NCBI GenBank assembly: GCA_048550195.1
Contig: JBLYYR010000238.1
Coordinates: forward strand, 1 to 56,950
From: Arenicellales bacterium
GTDB lineage: Bacteria; Pseudomonadota; Gammaproteobacteria; BMS3Bbin11
Length of the DNA: 56,950 nt
Direction of reading: 5' to 3'
Part shown: in pieces, positions 1-9,341 of the stretch
How the letters are laid out: every line of letters starts with the position of its first letter
Position numbering within the stretch: the stretch's first letter is position 1
The notes under the pieces: model-generated
What the model saw: the letters and a program-made list of their open reading frames with translations, nothing else
Databases searched by the model: none
What the model was told of the DNA's origin: nothing
Program-made: the position numbers and the translations under genes

Positions 1-924
1 TATTATACTCACCTAAAACATCTAAGCGATGAGTTGCAAAAAGAGAAGAAACCGGCCATCAACATCATAGAAGCGGATGAAAACCTTGTCAGCGAAGATT
101 TACTGCAGATGGTGAATGCCGGGATCTATCAATACACAATCATTGACAGTCACATCGCTGATATCTGGTCACACACGCTTAAAGATATCGTCCCGGAAGC
201 CAGTGCCGCAATCAGTACAGGCAGTCAGATCGCCTGGGCAGTCAGAAAGGACAATGATGATTTAGCCTATAAATTAAACCTGTTTCTAAAAAAATATAAA
301 CAAGGCACTAAGCAGGGCAATATTTTATTCAACCGCTACTACAAAAATACAAAATGGATCGAGAACCCGGTCAAAAATAGTGTAATGAAGCGACTCCATG
401 AATATCAGAAGTCATTCATGAAATATGGCAAGGAATACAATATCGACTGGGTCATGCTGACGGCCCTGGGTTACCAGGAGTCAAAGCTAAACCAGCACAG
501 AAAAAGTAATCATGGTGCTGTTGGCGTCATGCAGATAAAACCCTCTACGGCGGCGGACAAGAATATAAAAATTACCGGTGTAGCCAAGTCCTATGATAAG
601 AATATTCACGCTGCAACCAAGTACCTGGCTTTTCTGCGATCCAGATATTTCTCTGACCCCAGGATAGCACCAGTTGAGCAACTGGCCTTTACACTGGCCG
701 CCTATAACGCAGGCCCGGGGAAAATAACTAAGATGCGTAATAAGGCAAAAAAGCTGGGGAAAGACCCGAACAAGTGGTTTTTTAATGTGGAAGATGTAAC
801 ACGGCGTTACACCAGCAGCGAACCGGTAAACTACGTTGCTAACATTATGAAATATTACCTCGCCTTCAAATCAGTTATCGAAGCTGAAGAGGCAAGAATG
901 AAGGCGGCAGAAAAGGTTAAATAA
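1..924 (+). CDS. mltF: MltF-like lytic transglycosylase (solute-binding + SLT domain), 5' end outside the window
   Basis: Frame is open from base 1. SLT motifs YQESKL, GAVGVMQI and LAAYNAGPG follow an SBP-like region (YTIIDSHIA...IAWAVRK). Confidence 0.8.
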   Translation, partial: YYTHLKHLSDELQKEKKPAINIIEADENLVSEDLLQMVNAGIYQYTIIDSHIADIWSHTLKDIVPEASAAISTGSQIAWAVRKDNDDLAYKLNLFLKKYKQGTKQGNILFNRYYKNTKWIENPVKNSVMKRLHEYQKSFMKYGKEYNIDWVMLTALGYQESKLNQHRKSNHGAVGVMQIKPSTAADKNIKITGVAKSYDKNIHAATKYLAFLRSRYFSDPRIAPVEQLAFTLAAYNAGPGKITKMRNKAKKLGKDPNKWFFNVEDVTRRYTSSEPVNYVANIMKYYLAFKSVIEAEEARMKAAEKVK

Positions 925-985
925 TGTCTTATGTCTTATGTCTTATGTCTTATGTCTTATGTCTTATGTCTTATGTCTTATGTCT
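924..985. repeat. Heptamer tandem repeat (ATGTCTT) x8 plus a partial copy; left arm of an inverted heptamer element (924-1058)
   Basis: Read directly. A degenerate inverted arm GACATAC GACATAC GACTGAT GACCTAC GACATTT lies at 1024-1058. Confidence 0.95.
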
Positions 986-1058
986 CCAGACTGAAACCAA
1001 AATGTAAAAATTACAAGATTTTTGACATACGACATACGACTGATGACCTACGACATTT

Positions 1059-1625
1059 TTATTCCTTATTAAGAAGTATAAACTTCGATCCTTCTAGCGC
1101 GACATTAGCCATCAGCCCCTTGTTGCCGAATGCAAATCCAAGGATTGGATCCTTGGTATTCGTCGTATCAATATTCTCTGAGGTACCCCATTCAACAAAT
1201 GCGACTGAACCATCTATACCCGCGCGCCAGCCTTCGCTGTGACGAAATTTGACCAGTGCTTCTTCCTCAAGAAAAATCATTACTAGCGATTTGCTTTGAG
1301 CGCCGAAGGTAAAGCCGATCGAAGCCGATGCAGTACTCCAGTAATCGACCGTCTTGCCGTTTATTCGTAAAGCGCCTTCTCCGTATTCACCACCAATTCC
1401 TACCCCTGCTCTAAAAACACTGGGGAATACCAGTACACCCTTGGCAACACTAAGGTATTGCATTGCGCCCGGTACCTGGGCACGAAAAATTTTCAATGTT
1501 GCATCCACCTTGGCATCAATTTCCTGTGCTGTAGCAGCCATGGCATTGCCGCAAAATACAAAAGGCACAAGAAATAGCAGAAAAGTGATGCCTGTAATAT
1601 GTTGACGTGCTACAGACTTTCTCAT
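1059..1625 (-). CDS. YSC84/SYLF-domain exported protein
   Basis: Signal peptide plus AKGVLVFP..AGVGIGGEYGEGAL, SIGFTFGAQ and GLMANVALEGSK motifs. Confidence 0.85.
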   Translation of the reverse strand: MRKSVARQHITGITFLLFLVPFVFCGNAMAATAQEIDAKVDATLKIFRAQVPGAMQYLSVAKGVLVFPSVFRAGVGIGGEYGEGALRINGKTVDYWSTASASIGFTFGAQSKSLVMIFLEEEALVKFRHSEGWRAGIDGSVAFVEWGTSENIDTTNTKDPILGFAFGNKGLMANVALEGSKFILLNKE

Positions 1626-1695
1626 TATAAAAACTCCAGTTTGAGTGTTATTTTTTAAAAATCAAAATTTTCGTTATGCTGCTTCGAGATATCGA

Positions 1696-2079
1696 TTACA
1701 TCTCATCACAAACATGATGATTACTAAAATCTTTCGCTATTTTTTCAGCTGACATGTCCGGCACCAGTCCTTTCATGGCAGCAGGCATTTTCTCTGTGCA
1801 CTTGCGCATGGTTACCATAGCCGGTGACTTTAACACTTTCTGGCTAAACTCTATGGCTTTCTTCTGAGCTTCATCTCGCTTGCCACTCTTACAAAGACCT
1901 TTCACTTCCGCTTCAAATTTATCTGATTCTTTCTCCAGACCATTAATCTCGTTTTGATCGATTGTCGCCATACATGCCGACATCTCCTGAAGCTGCTGCA
2001 TCATCTCCGGATCCATTTGCTGCTGCGCGAAGACCGTCACAGGTGAAAGCAGAAAGATTGCCATTAGTAATTTTTTCAT
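1696..2079 (-). CDS. Hypothetical exported helical protein (4 Cys)
   Basis: Signal peptide MKKLLMAIFLLSPVTVFA and an AGGAG RBS upstream. Confidence 0.75.
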   Translation of the reverse strand: MKKLLMAIFLLSPVTVFAQQQMDPEMMQQLQEMSACMATIDQNEINGLEKESDKFEAEVKGLCKSGKRDEAQKKAIEFSQKVLKSPAMVTMRKCTEKMPAAMKGLVPDMSAEKIAKDFSNHHVCDEM

Positions 2080-2112
2080 TTTATTATCTCCTTCTTAAGG
2101 GTATATTATTTA

Positions 2113-2811
2113 TCAAAGATTCCCCAGCAGATCATTTAAGCCCGGTAAATTGAAGCTGGTGTCCGGAGCCACAAAGCGTGCAGGGTCGACAGCCTTACTG
2201 TGTGCAGAAACAAGCTGAATTTGACTTCCGAAACGAAGTATACCCAGCTTATCTTTTTTTATTCTCGTCATCAGTTCATCTCCTTTGATCTGAATTGACG
2301 GACTTGTTTTACTGATAACATCAATAGCATCGATCCAGGCAGCAGTATATTCCCACGCCAGTGGGGAACGGCTCAACACCAGCTCGTCCTGATGCTTAAC
2401 ATTGTTTCTCGACCAGGTAATTTTGTAAACCTCACCAGCCATCCCCGCAACTGTTTCCTCTTTTCCTGTCGCCTTCATGCTGATGACATGGACCAGCAGG
2501 GTTTCAGAATCAATTCCGAGCATTTTCATTACACCCACGCTCTGAGCCATCTGGTTCATGCTTGCCAGATCCATAACCAGGGTGTTCCCCTGATAGGAAC
2601 TAATTACCTGTGCCTGCTGTTTATTAAACAGCAGATAACCTGTCGCATCGTTTTTAGTATCCATATCGATTCGGGATGTCGTTTGATCGAGATACTCAAG
2701 GCTAAGGGTGTAAGGCTTTCCACCATCCATTCCTTTGAACTTAGCGATGCCGGATGCATTTGCACTCGCCGCAAACAGAATTAACAAGGAGAAAAAGAGA
2801 GGCTTTAGCAT
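2113..2811 (-). CDS. Exported protein, DUF4412-like
   Basis: Signal peptide, TGKEETVAG.GEVY motif and VDPARFVAP C-terminus. Confidence 0.6.
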   Translation of the reverse strand: MLKPLFFSLLILFAASANASGIAKFKGMDGGKPYTLSLEYLDQTTSRIDMDTKNDATGYLLFNKQQAQVISSYQGNTLVMDLASMNQMAQSVGVMKMLGIDSETLLVHVISMKATGKEETVAGMAGEVYKITWSRNNVKHQDELVLSRSPLAWEYTAAWIDAIDVISKTSPSIQIKGDELMTRIKKDKLGILRFGSQIQLVSAHSKAVDPARFVAPDTSFNLPGLNDLLGNL

Positions 2812-2828
2812 GGTTTATAACCGCAGAG

Positions 2829-3992
2829 TCAAGTTAGTAAGGCAATCATAACACCCGCGGCAACCGCAGAGCCAATGACACCTGCCACATTTGGTCCCAT
2901 TGCATGCATTAGCAGGAAGTTATGCGGGTTGGCCTCCAGCCCCATACGGTTGGAGACTCGAGCTGCCATCGGCACAGCCGAAACACCGGCTGAACCAATA
3001 AGCGGGTTAACTTTGTGCTTTGAAACTGTGTTCATCAATTTTGCCATCAGGATACCTGTAGCGGTACCGATGCCGAAGGCAACTATTCCCAACGCAAGTA
3101 TACCCAGTGTCTTGGTGTTAAGAAAATGTTCGGCGCTCATTTTTGAGCCAACAGCAATACCCAGGAAAATGGTAACGATATTTATTAATGAGTTCTGTGC
3201 TGTATCACTGAGCCGATCTACTACACCACTTTCCCGCATCAGATTGCCAAGCGCAAACATACCCAGTAAGGGTGCCGCAGTTGGCAACAGCAAAGCAACC
3301 AGCACCAGTATAAGCAATGGAAACATGATCTTCTCTGTTCGGGAAACATGTCGTAACTGCACCATTTCGATACAACGCTCTTCATGTGTTGTCAGCAAGC
3401 GGATTATGGGCGGCTGGATTATGGGCACCAGTGCCATATAGGAATATGCCGCAACGGCGATCGCTCCGAGCAGATCAGGGGCGAGTCTGCTGGCGACGAA
3501 AATGGCTGTAGGGCCGTCCGCTCCGCCAATAATACCGATTGCTGCTGCATCCGAGATGCTGAAATCAATCCAGCCCATGGAACTAACAGCGACCGCTCCA
3601 AGTACCGTAGCAAAGATACCGAACTGGGCCGCAGCACCAAGAAAAAGGGTTTTCGGGTTGGCCAGCAGGGGGCCAAAGTCAGTCATAGCCCCCACGCCCA
3701 TGAAAATTATCAAAGGAAAAGCGCCGGTAGAGATGCCAACATTGTAGATATAATAAAGAAAGCCACCGGGTGCGATAGTATGCCCTGCCTCAATCAGCGG
3801 GGCATCCATGAACCCGGCGCCCGGAATATTAACCAGTATAGCGCCAAAGCCTATCGGTAAAAGCAGCAGTGGCTCGAAGCCTTTGCGTATGGCCAGATAC
3901 AATAGAAAAAAACCGATGACCATCATGATCGGCTGCCCGAAATCCATCTGGAACATGCCAGTGCTCTGCCATAAACCGATTAGCTTCTCCAT
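2829..3992 (-). CDS. oadB: Oxaloacetate decarboxylase beta subunit (Na+ pump)
   Basis: [26 protein letters not shown] and [13 protein letters not shown] motifs. Confidence 0.95.
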   Translation of the reverse strand: MEKLIGLWQSTGMFQMDFGQPIMMVIGFFLLYLAIRKGFEPLLLLPIGFGAILVNIPGAGFMDAPLIEAGHTIAPGGFLYYIYNVGISTGAFPLIIFMGVGAMTDFGPLLANPKTLFLGAAAQFGIFATVLGAVAVSSMGWIDFSISDAAAIGIIGGADGPTAIFVASRLAPDLLGAIAVAAYSYMALVPIIQPPIIRLLTTHEERCIEMVQLRHVSRTEKIMFPLLILVLVALLLPTAAPLLGMFALGNLMRESGVVDRLSDTAQNSLINIVTIFLGIAVGSKMSAEHFLNTKTLGILALGIVAFGIGTATGILMAKLMNTVSKHKVNPLIGSAGVSAVPMAARVSNRMGLEANPHNFLLMHAMGPNVAGVIGSAVAAGVMIALLT

Positions 3993-3994
3993 CT

Positions 3995-4260
3995 AGTGCT
4001 CCATCAATGTGATCATTACGGGTTCAGCATTCCTGTGGTGTTCTGCAGCAAGGCGCAGTGTGAAGCTAATGGCCATTCCCTTGTCGAGCACTTGAACGCA
4101 GTTGCGTGACACCACAGGGATGCTTTCAGGGTAAGCTTGTCTACACCCACGGACTGCGTTCCGTCTCCTGGTAAGGTAATAACCATTACCAGCAAGACGC
4201 GCCTTGCCGTGAACGTAGACAAGCTTACTGAACTCGCAATTATCATGTTGATGGAGCACT
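3995..4260. mobile_element. 266-bp composite MITE-like palindromic element between oadA and oadB
   Basis: 13-bp perfect TIR AGTGCTCCATCAA, extending to ~33 bp imperfectly. Two internal hairpin modules each carry CAAGGCGC...AACGCAG. Confidence 0.75.
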
Positions 4261-4268
4261 TGTCTGCC

Positions 4269-6065
4269 TTATTTAATCAGCAGAAGGTTGTCGCCAACTG
4301 TGACTGAATCACCTTCGTGCACAAGTATTTCTGACACCACACCCGGCTGCGAACTGCGTATCTCTGTTTCCATTTTCATCGCTTCCAGAATGATCACAAC
4401 ATCGCCTTTCGCGACAGAATGGCCGGGGGTCACATGGATTTTGAATATAGTCCCCGCCAGTGGAGCCTGAATAATGGTGCCTGTTCCACTACCTGCTGCC
4501 GGAGATGGTGTTGAAGAGTCCGTCGCCGGCAGATTACCGGCAGCAGGCGTAATGGTAGAAATTTCCCCGCCATTGCGCACGGCCACAACATAGGGCTGAC
4601 CTTCGACAGTGACGGTGTAAACCTCGTCACCCTCCTCATTGGTGACAAGCTCATGCTCAACACCTGTTGGCACCGGCTCGAAGGCATCAGGATTGCCACG
4701 ATTTTCCAGGAATTTAAGGCCTACCTGTGGAAACAGTGCATAGGTCAGCACATCATCAATTTCATTTTCGCCATCAGCCAGCTGAATACCGTTCTCACCG
4801 GCAATTTGCTCAAGTTCAGATGCCAGCTTTTCCAGTTCATCATCGATCAGATCTGCGGGTCGACAGGTGATGGGCTCCCCGCCTTCAAGAACACGCTGCT
4901 GTAATTCTTTATTGACAGGCGCGGGTGTTGCGCCATATTCGCCTTTCAGTACCCCGGCTGTTTCCAGAGATATACTTTTATACCGTTCCCCGGTCAATAC
5001 ATTGAGGACCGCCTGGGTACCTACGATTTGTGACGTTGGCGTCACCAGCGCGATATAGCCGAGATCCTTACGCACTGCCGGTATTTCCGCCAGCACGTCA
5101 TCAAAGCGGTCTGCTGCCCCCTGCTCGCGCAGCTGTCCTTCCATATTCGTCAGCATGCCACCCGGCACCTGCGCCACAAGAATTCGTGAATCGATGCCTT
5201 TCAGCGACCCTTCGAAACAGGCATATTTCTTTCTGACCTCACGGAAATAAGCAGCAATTTCCTCTAGCAGACCAAGGTCCAGTCCGGTGTCTCTATCCGT
5301 ACCCTTCAGAATGGCAACCAGCGATTCTGTCGGTGAGTGACCATAAGTCATACTCATTGATGAGATTGATGTATCCACATTATCTATGCCGGCTTCGATA
5401 CATTTCAAAGCAGTAGCCGTAGACATCCCCGTCGTTGCATGAGACTGCATGTGTATCGGGACATCCACCGTCTGCTTAAGGCGCGTGACCAGTTCATAGC
5501 CGGCATAAGGCGTCAGCAGCCCGGCCATGTCTTTAATACAGATAGAATGTGAACCCATATCCTCAAGCTCGCGCGCCAGATCTAGCCAGGTGTCGATACT
5601 GTGCACCGGGCTTACTGTATAAGAGAGCGTGCCCTGGGCATGTTTACCGACGTTGACAACTGCTTTGATGGCAGTGGCAAGGTTTCGCGGGTCATTCATC
5701 GCGTCAAACACCCGGAACACATCCACACCATTAACGGCAGCACGCTCTACAAATTTGCAGACGACATCATCAGCATAATGCCGGTAACCAAGAATATTCT
5801 GACCACGAAACAGCATCTGCTGTGGAGTATTCGGCATTGCGGCTTTCAGCTCACGAATTCGTACCCATGGATCTTCACCCAGAAAACGTATACATGCATC
5901 AAAGGTAGCTCCGCCCCAGGATTCCAGCGACCAAAAGCCGACCTGGTCAAGCTTCTCCGCAATCGGCAACATATCATCCAGGCGCAATCGGGTAGCGAAC
6001 AATGACTGGTGTGCATCGCGTAGCACGACATCCGTTATACCCAAAGCTTGCTTGTTTTCAGTCAT
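4269..6065 (-). CDS. oadA: Oxaloacetate decarboxylase alpha subunit
   Basis: [12 protein letters not shown] carboxyltransferase motif, IKDMAG, and a C-terminal biotinyl domain EAMKM. Confidence 0.96.
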   Translation of the reverse strand: MTENKQALGITDVVLRDAHQSLFATRLRLDDMLPIAEKLDQVGFWSLESWGGATFDACIRFLGEDPWVRIRELKAAMPNTPQQMLFRGQNILGYRHYADDVVCKFVERAAVNGVDVFRVFDAMNDPRNLATAIKAVVNVGKHAQGTLSYTVSPVHSIDTWLDLARELEDMGSHSICIKDMAGLLTPYAGYELVTRLKQTVDVPIHMQSHATTGMSTATALKCIEAGIDNVDTSISSMSMTYGHSPTESLVAILKGTDRDTGLDLGLLEEIAAYFREVRKKYACFEGSLKGIDSRILVAQVPGGMLTNMEGQLREQGAADRFDDVLAEIPAVRKDLGYIALVTPTSQIVGTQAVLNVLTGERYKSISLETAGVLKGEYGATPAPVNKELQQRVLEGGEPITCRPADLIDDELEKLASELEQIAGENGIQLADGENEIDDVLTYALFPQVGLKFLENRGNPDAFEPVPTGVEHELVTNEEGDEVYTVTVEGQPYVVAVRNGGEISTITPAAGNLPATDSSTPSPAAGSGTGTIIQAPLAGTIFKIHVTPGHSVAKGDVVIILEAMKMETEIRSSQPGVVSEILVHEGDSVTVGDNLLLIK

Positions 6066-6092
6066 GAAAGGAGAGTTTCCTGGAGAATCTTG

Positions 6093-6356
6093 TTATTTCT
6101 GCCAACGGCAGCGGTGTTTGGCGAGTGCCGCCTGAATGATAGAAACGATGTGGTCATCCACATCTGCATGGCTTTTCACGGAAGATGGAACAGGGATTTC
6201 CTCGTCTGGTAGCCAGCGTTTAATGATCGTTGACATCGAGACAGTTGTAATGACAAGGACAGTTAGAAAAACAAAGACGGTACCCATGCCATACAGCATC
6301 AGATTCAGACCTTGTTCAATCAGTGTTGCTCCACCCAAACTCAAATCTCCGGACAA
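6093..6356 (-). CDS. oadG: Oxaloacetate decarboxylase gamma subunit (start uncertain, possibly TTG at 6338)
   Basis: GLNLMLYGMGTVFVFLTVL TM helix and IIQAALAKHR C-terminus, upstream of oadA. Confidence 0.9.
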   Translation of the reverse strand: MSGDLSLGGATLIEQGLNLMLYGMGTVFVFLTVLVITTVSMSTIIKRWLPDEEIPVPSSVKSHADVDDHIVSIIQAALAKHRCRWQK

Positions 6357-6633
6357 TGCGAAAGTGCGCGCTATTTTAGCCCAGCAGGGGCTGGCATACC
6401 ACTCTGGCTACCCTCAGGATGTGCCGAGCCATACTCATAAACATATTCTGTCAGCTAACCTGTGTCATCACGTGTGAAGAATATCGATATATTTGATTGT
6501 AATCAATGAGATAGGCCACCTCCTGGTGTGCAGCTATTACCAGGAAGCTAGTGACGAATCAATCTCCAGCTGATTGATTCTAACTATGGGATTGCCACGC
6601 TTCGTGCACAATGACGACTCGCTGGAAGCATCT

Positions 6634-7977
6634 TCAGGGTTTTAGTGATCTGAAATAAACACGGGACTGGCGGTGATAGTTGTATAAAGAGCGCCTTTTC
6701 ACCGGTAAGTCTGCCAGTTTCATGGTTTCGAAGCCTCTTTCGAGAAACCAGTGGGAGGCCTGTGTAGTCAGGACAAACAGGCCTTGCATAGTCAGTGCCT
6801 GCGCCTGACTTTCAGCAAATTTTAGCATCGCATCGCCACGGCCGGCTTTGCGGTAATCAGCATGCACGGCCAGACAGGCAAGCTCAGCCATGCCATTCTC
6901 AGGATACGGGATCACCGCCACGCAGGCTGTTATCAGGCCATCCCTCTCCATCACATAGAATTGCTCTATAGACATCTCCAGTTGCTCGCGTGAACGCTTG
7001 ACCAGCAACCCCTGTTGTTCCAGTGGCTGGATCAGTCCTATGATACCGCCAATATCATCAATACCTGCCTGACGAGTTACTTCATAATCACTGGCCATTA
7101 CCAGCGTCCCGGCTCCGTCACGGGTGTACAGTTCCTGAAGTAAGGCCCCTTTGCTCCATTCTGGGATCAGGTGTATTCTTTCAACGCCCTTCTGGCTGGC
7201 TTCAATCGCACTCCGTAAATGTATCTCTGCCTCCGTATCCAGCTTGCGCCGGGAACTAAGAAGCTTTTCTGCCTGCAGCCCTGTCAACTGGCGAATAATT
7301 TGCCGCCGTGCATCGCGCAGGCCTTTACCGTCAAGCAGAAAGATTAATTTGTCGGCATTTATGGCTGAAGCGGTATAGGTGGCTACCTGCTCAGATTTGA
7401 TGTTAAACACCTCGCCGGTGACTGAATAGGCCAGCGGTGACAACATGACGATAGAACGGTCGTCTAGATTACGCAATAATGCCTCGCTATCCAGCTTTCT
7501 AATCTTACCGGTATAGCCAAAATCGACACCGTCATGGATGCCGTAAGGGCAGGCAGAAATAAAATTACCCGACGCCACATGAATGCCGGCACCTGCCATC
7601 GGAGAATTAGCTATACCAACTGAAAACAGTGCCTCGATCTGTACTCGAATGCTCCCGACAGCATCCCGCGTACAGGCCATGGCAACCGCGTCCGTTACCC
7701 GTATGCCGTTGACATACTCACTTTTACTTTTCCTTTGCTGCAGGCATTGTTCAATCTGAGGACGGGCCCCATGAACAATAACCAGACGCACGCCCAGACT
7801 GTTGAGCAGTGCTATATCCTGAACAAGCACGGGAAAGTGCTCATCCGCTACCGCTTCACCACTAAATGCCAGCACAAAGGTCTTACCCCGGTGCGCATGG
7901 ATATATGGTGCCGACTGACGGAATGCCGCTACAAAGTCATACGGCTGGCTTGTCTGTTGTGCTTTCTTTTTAACCAT
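6634..7977 (-). CDS. argA: Amino-acid N-acetyltransferase (N-acetylglutamate synthase)
   Basis: FRQSAPYIHAHRGKTFV kinase-like domain plus a GNAT domain (AELACLAVH, WFLERGF). Confidence 0.95.
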   Translation of the reverse strand: MVKKKAQQTSQPYDFVAAFRQSAPYIHAHRGKTFVLAFSGEAVADEHFPVLVQDIALLNSLGVRLVIVHGARPQIEQCLQQRKSKSEYVNGIRVTDAVAMACTRDAVGSIRVQIEALFSVGIANSPMAGAGIHVASGNFISACPYGIHDGVDFGYTGKIRKLDSEALLRNLDDRSIVMLSPLAYSVTGEVFNIKSEQVATYTASAINADKLIFLLDGKGLRDARRQIIRQLTGLQAEKLLSSRRKLDTEAEIHLRSAIEASQKGVERIHLIPEWSKGALLQELYTRDGAGTLVMASDYEVTRQAGIDDIGGIIGLIQPLEQQGLLVKRSREQLEMSIEQFYVMERDGLITACVAVIPYPENGMAELACLAVHADYRKAGRGDAMLKFAESQAQALTMQGLFVLTTQASHWFLERGFETMKLADLPVKRRSLYNYHRQSRVYFRSLKP

Positions 7978-8016
7978 TTTTCTCTTTGAGTCTTTCAGCT
8001 ATGTACTTACTTATCA

Positions 8017-8174
8017 GGGCAGCCCACAGAATTCTGGATACGTCAGATTGTGATTCAAGGTATTCAGGAACAAGGTGCTAAGTGCTTGTAATAGTAGTTC
8101 TATTGCAAGCACTTAGCAACGAAGCTGCTGGAGATTTTGGGCTCAAAATGCTGCCCATAATTAATAAAGTGCCC
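8017..8174. mobile_element. 158-bp MITE-like element, copy 1, between argE and argA
   Basis: GGGCA...TGCCC ends and an internal 19-bp hairpin at 8076-8118. Same length as 42821-42978, with shared motifs. Confidence 0.65.
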
Positions 8175-9341
8175 TTAAGCAACACAAAATCGTTGAATCA
8201 GGCTTTCCAGTACATCTATCATCGGCTGTACCCTGTCCAGTGCCAGATATTCATCCGGTTGATGTGCCTGGGCAATGTCACCCGGCCCGAGTATGACGGC
8301 ATCAAGGCCGGCATCCTTGAAGAAAGGAGCTTCTGTCGAATAGGCTGCTGATTCAGCAGCGGTACCTGTTAGATGTTCAACGGCTGCAACAATCTCAGAA
8401 CCCTCTTTTGCCGCAAACGGCGGCACAGGTTTCATTAACGGGTTGAGAGTTAAATCAAGCGCCATATCTCTGACAGCATCATTCAAACGCGGCTTTAACT
8501 CTGCCAGTAATTCATCGGCCAGCATACCTGGCAGAGGACGCAGATCGAAATGCAGCTCACAATCGCCGCAAATACGATTCGGATTGTCACCGCCAAATAT
8601 CCGCCCCAGATTCAAGGTCGGTACGGGCACTTTAAATTGGGGATCCTGAAACCGCTGCTGCAGCTCGGTTCGCCAGTTAAGTATCTCAGTGATAACGTGG
8701 TGCATGCCCTCCATCGCATTGGCACCCAGTGCGGGATCGCTTGAATGGCCGGAACAGCCATGTACATGTAGCGACTCCATTATCATTCCCTTGTGCATGT
8801 TTACCGGCCGTAGCCCGGTCGGTTCACCGATCACCACTTGCCTGGCCTGCAGCCGACCGCTGGCTGCCAGCTCACGGGCACCGTCCATGGTCGATTCTTC
8901 ATCAGCTGTGGCAACGATGATGAGGGGTTCTTTCAGATCACTAACAGAAAACTTCTGTGCCGCTGTGATAGCCAGGGCAAAGAAGGCTTTCATATCTGAC
9001 ATACCCATGCCATATAAACGGTTATCTGCCTGGGTCAGTGCCAGTGGATCAGATTTCCACAGCTGTTCGTCAAACGGCACGGTATCAGTATGACCCGCCA
9101 GCACCAGGCCACCCTGCCCCTGCCCCAGTGTAGCCACCAGGTTGGCTTTCCCAGGAGAGGCTAGCAAAGGAATAACCTCTACTTCGAAGCCGAGGTCTTC
9201 AAGCCAGCCCGCCAGCTTCTCAATAACGGTGAGATTACTCATATCAATATCAGGACTGACACTACTGACTGACGGGCAGGCTATCAGCTCATGCATCATC
9301 GTCAGGGTGTCGGGAAAGGGAGAGGCTGGGGGCCTGGACAT
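8175..9341 (-). CDS. argE: Acetylornithine deacetylase
   Basis: M20 motifs GHTDTVP, DMK, ADEE, IGEPT and AHQPDEY; adjacent to argA. Confidence 0.95.
   Translation of the reverse strand: MSRPPASPFPDTLTMMHELIACPSVSSVSPDIDMSNLTVIEKLAGWLEDLGFEVEVIPLLASPGKANLVATLGQGQGGLVLAGHTDTVPFDEQLWKSDPLALTQADNRLYGMGMSDMKAFFALAITAAQKFSVSDLKEPLIIVATADEESTMDGARELAASGRLQARQVVIGEPTGLRPVNMHKGMIMESLHVHGCSGHSSDPALGANAMEGMHHVITEILNWRTELQQRFQDPQFKVPVPTLNLGRIFGGDNPNRICGDCELHFDLRPLPGMLADELLAELKPRLNDAVRDMALDLTLNPLMKPVPPFAAKEGSEIVAAVEHLTGTAAESAAYSTEAPFFKDAGLDAVILGPGDIAQAHQPDEYLALDRVQPMIDVLESLIQRFCVA

Noticed and set aside
931-1242. ORF starting MSYVLCLMSYVLCL
   Set aside because: It is a translation of the heptamer array running antisense into the SYLF gene.
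3993-4259. Small ORFs between oadA and oadB
   Set aside because: They coincide with the palindromic element and have no protein-like features.
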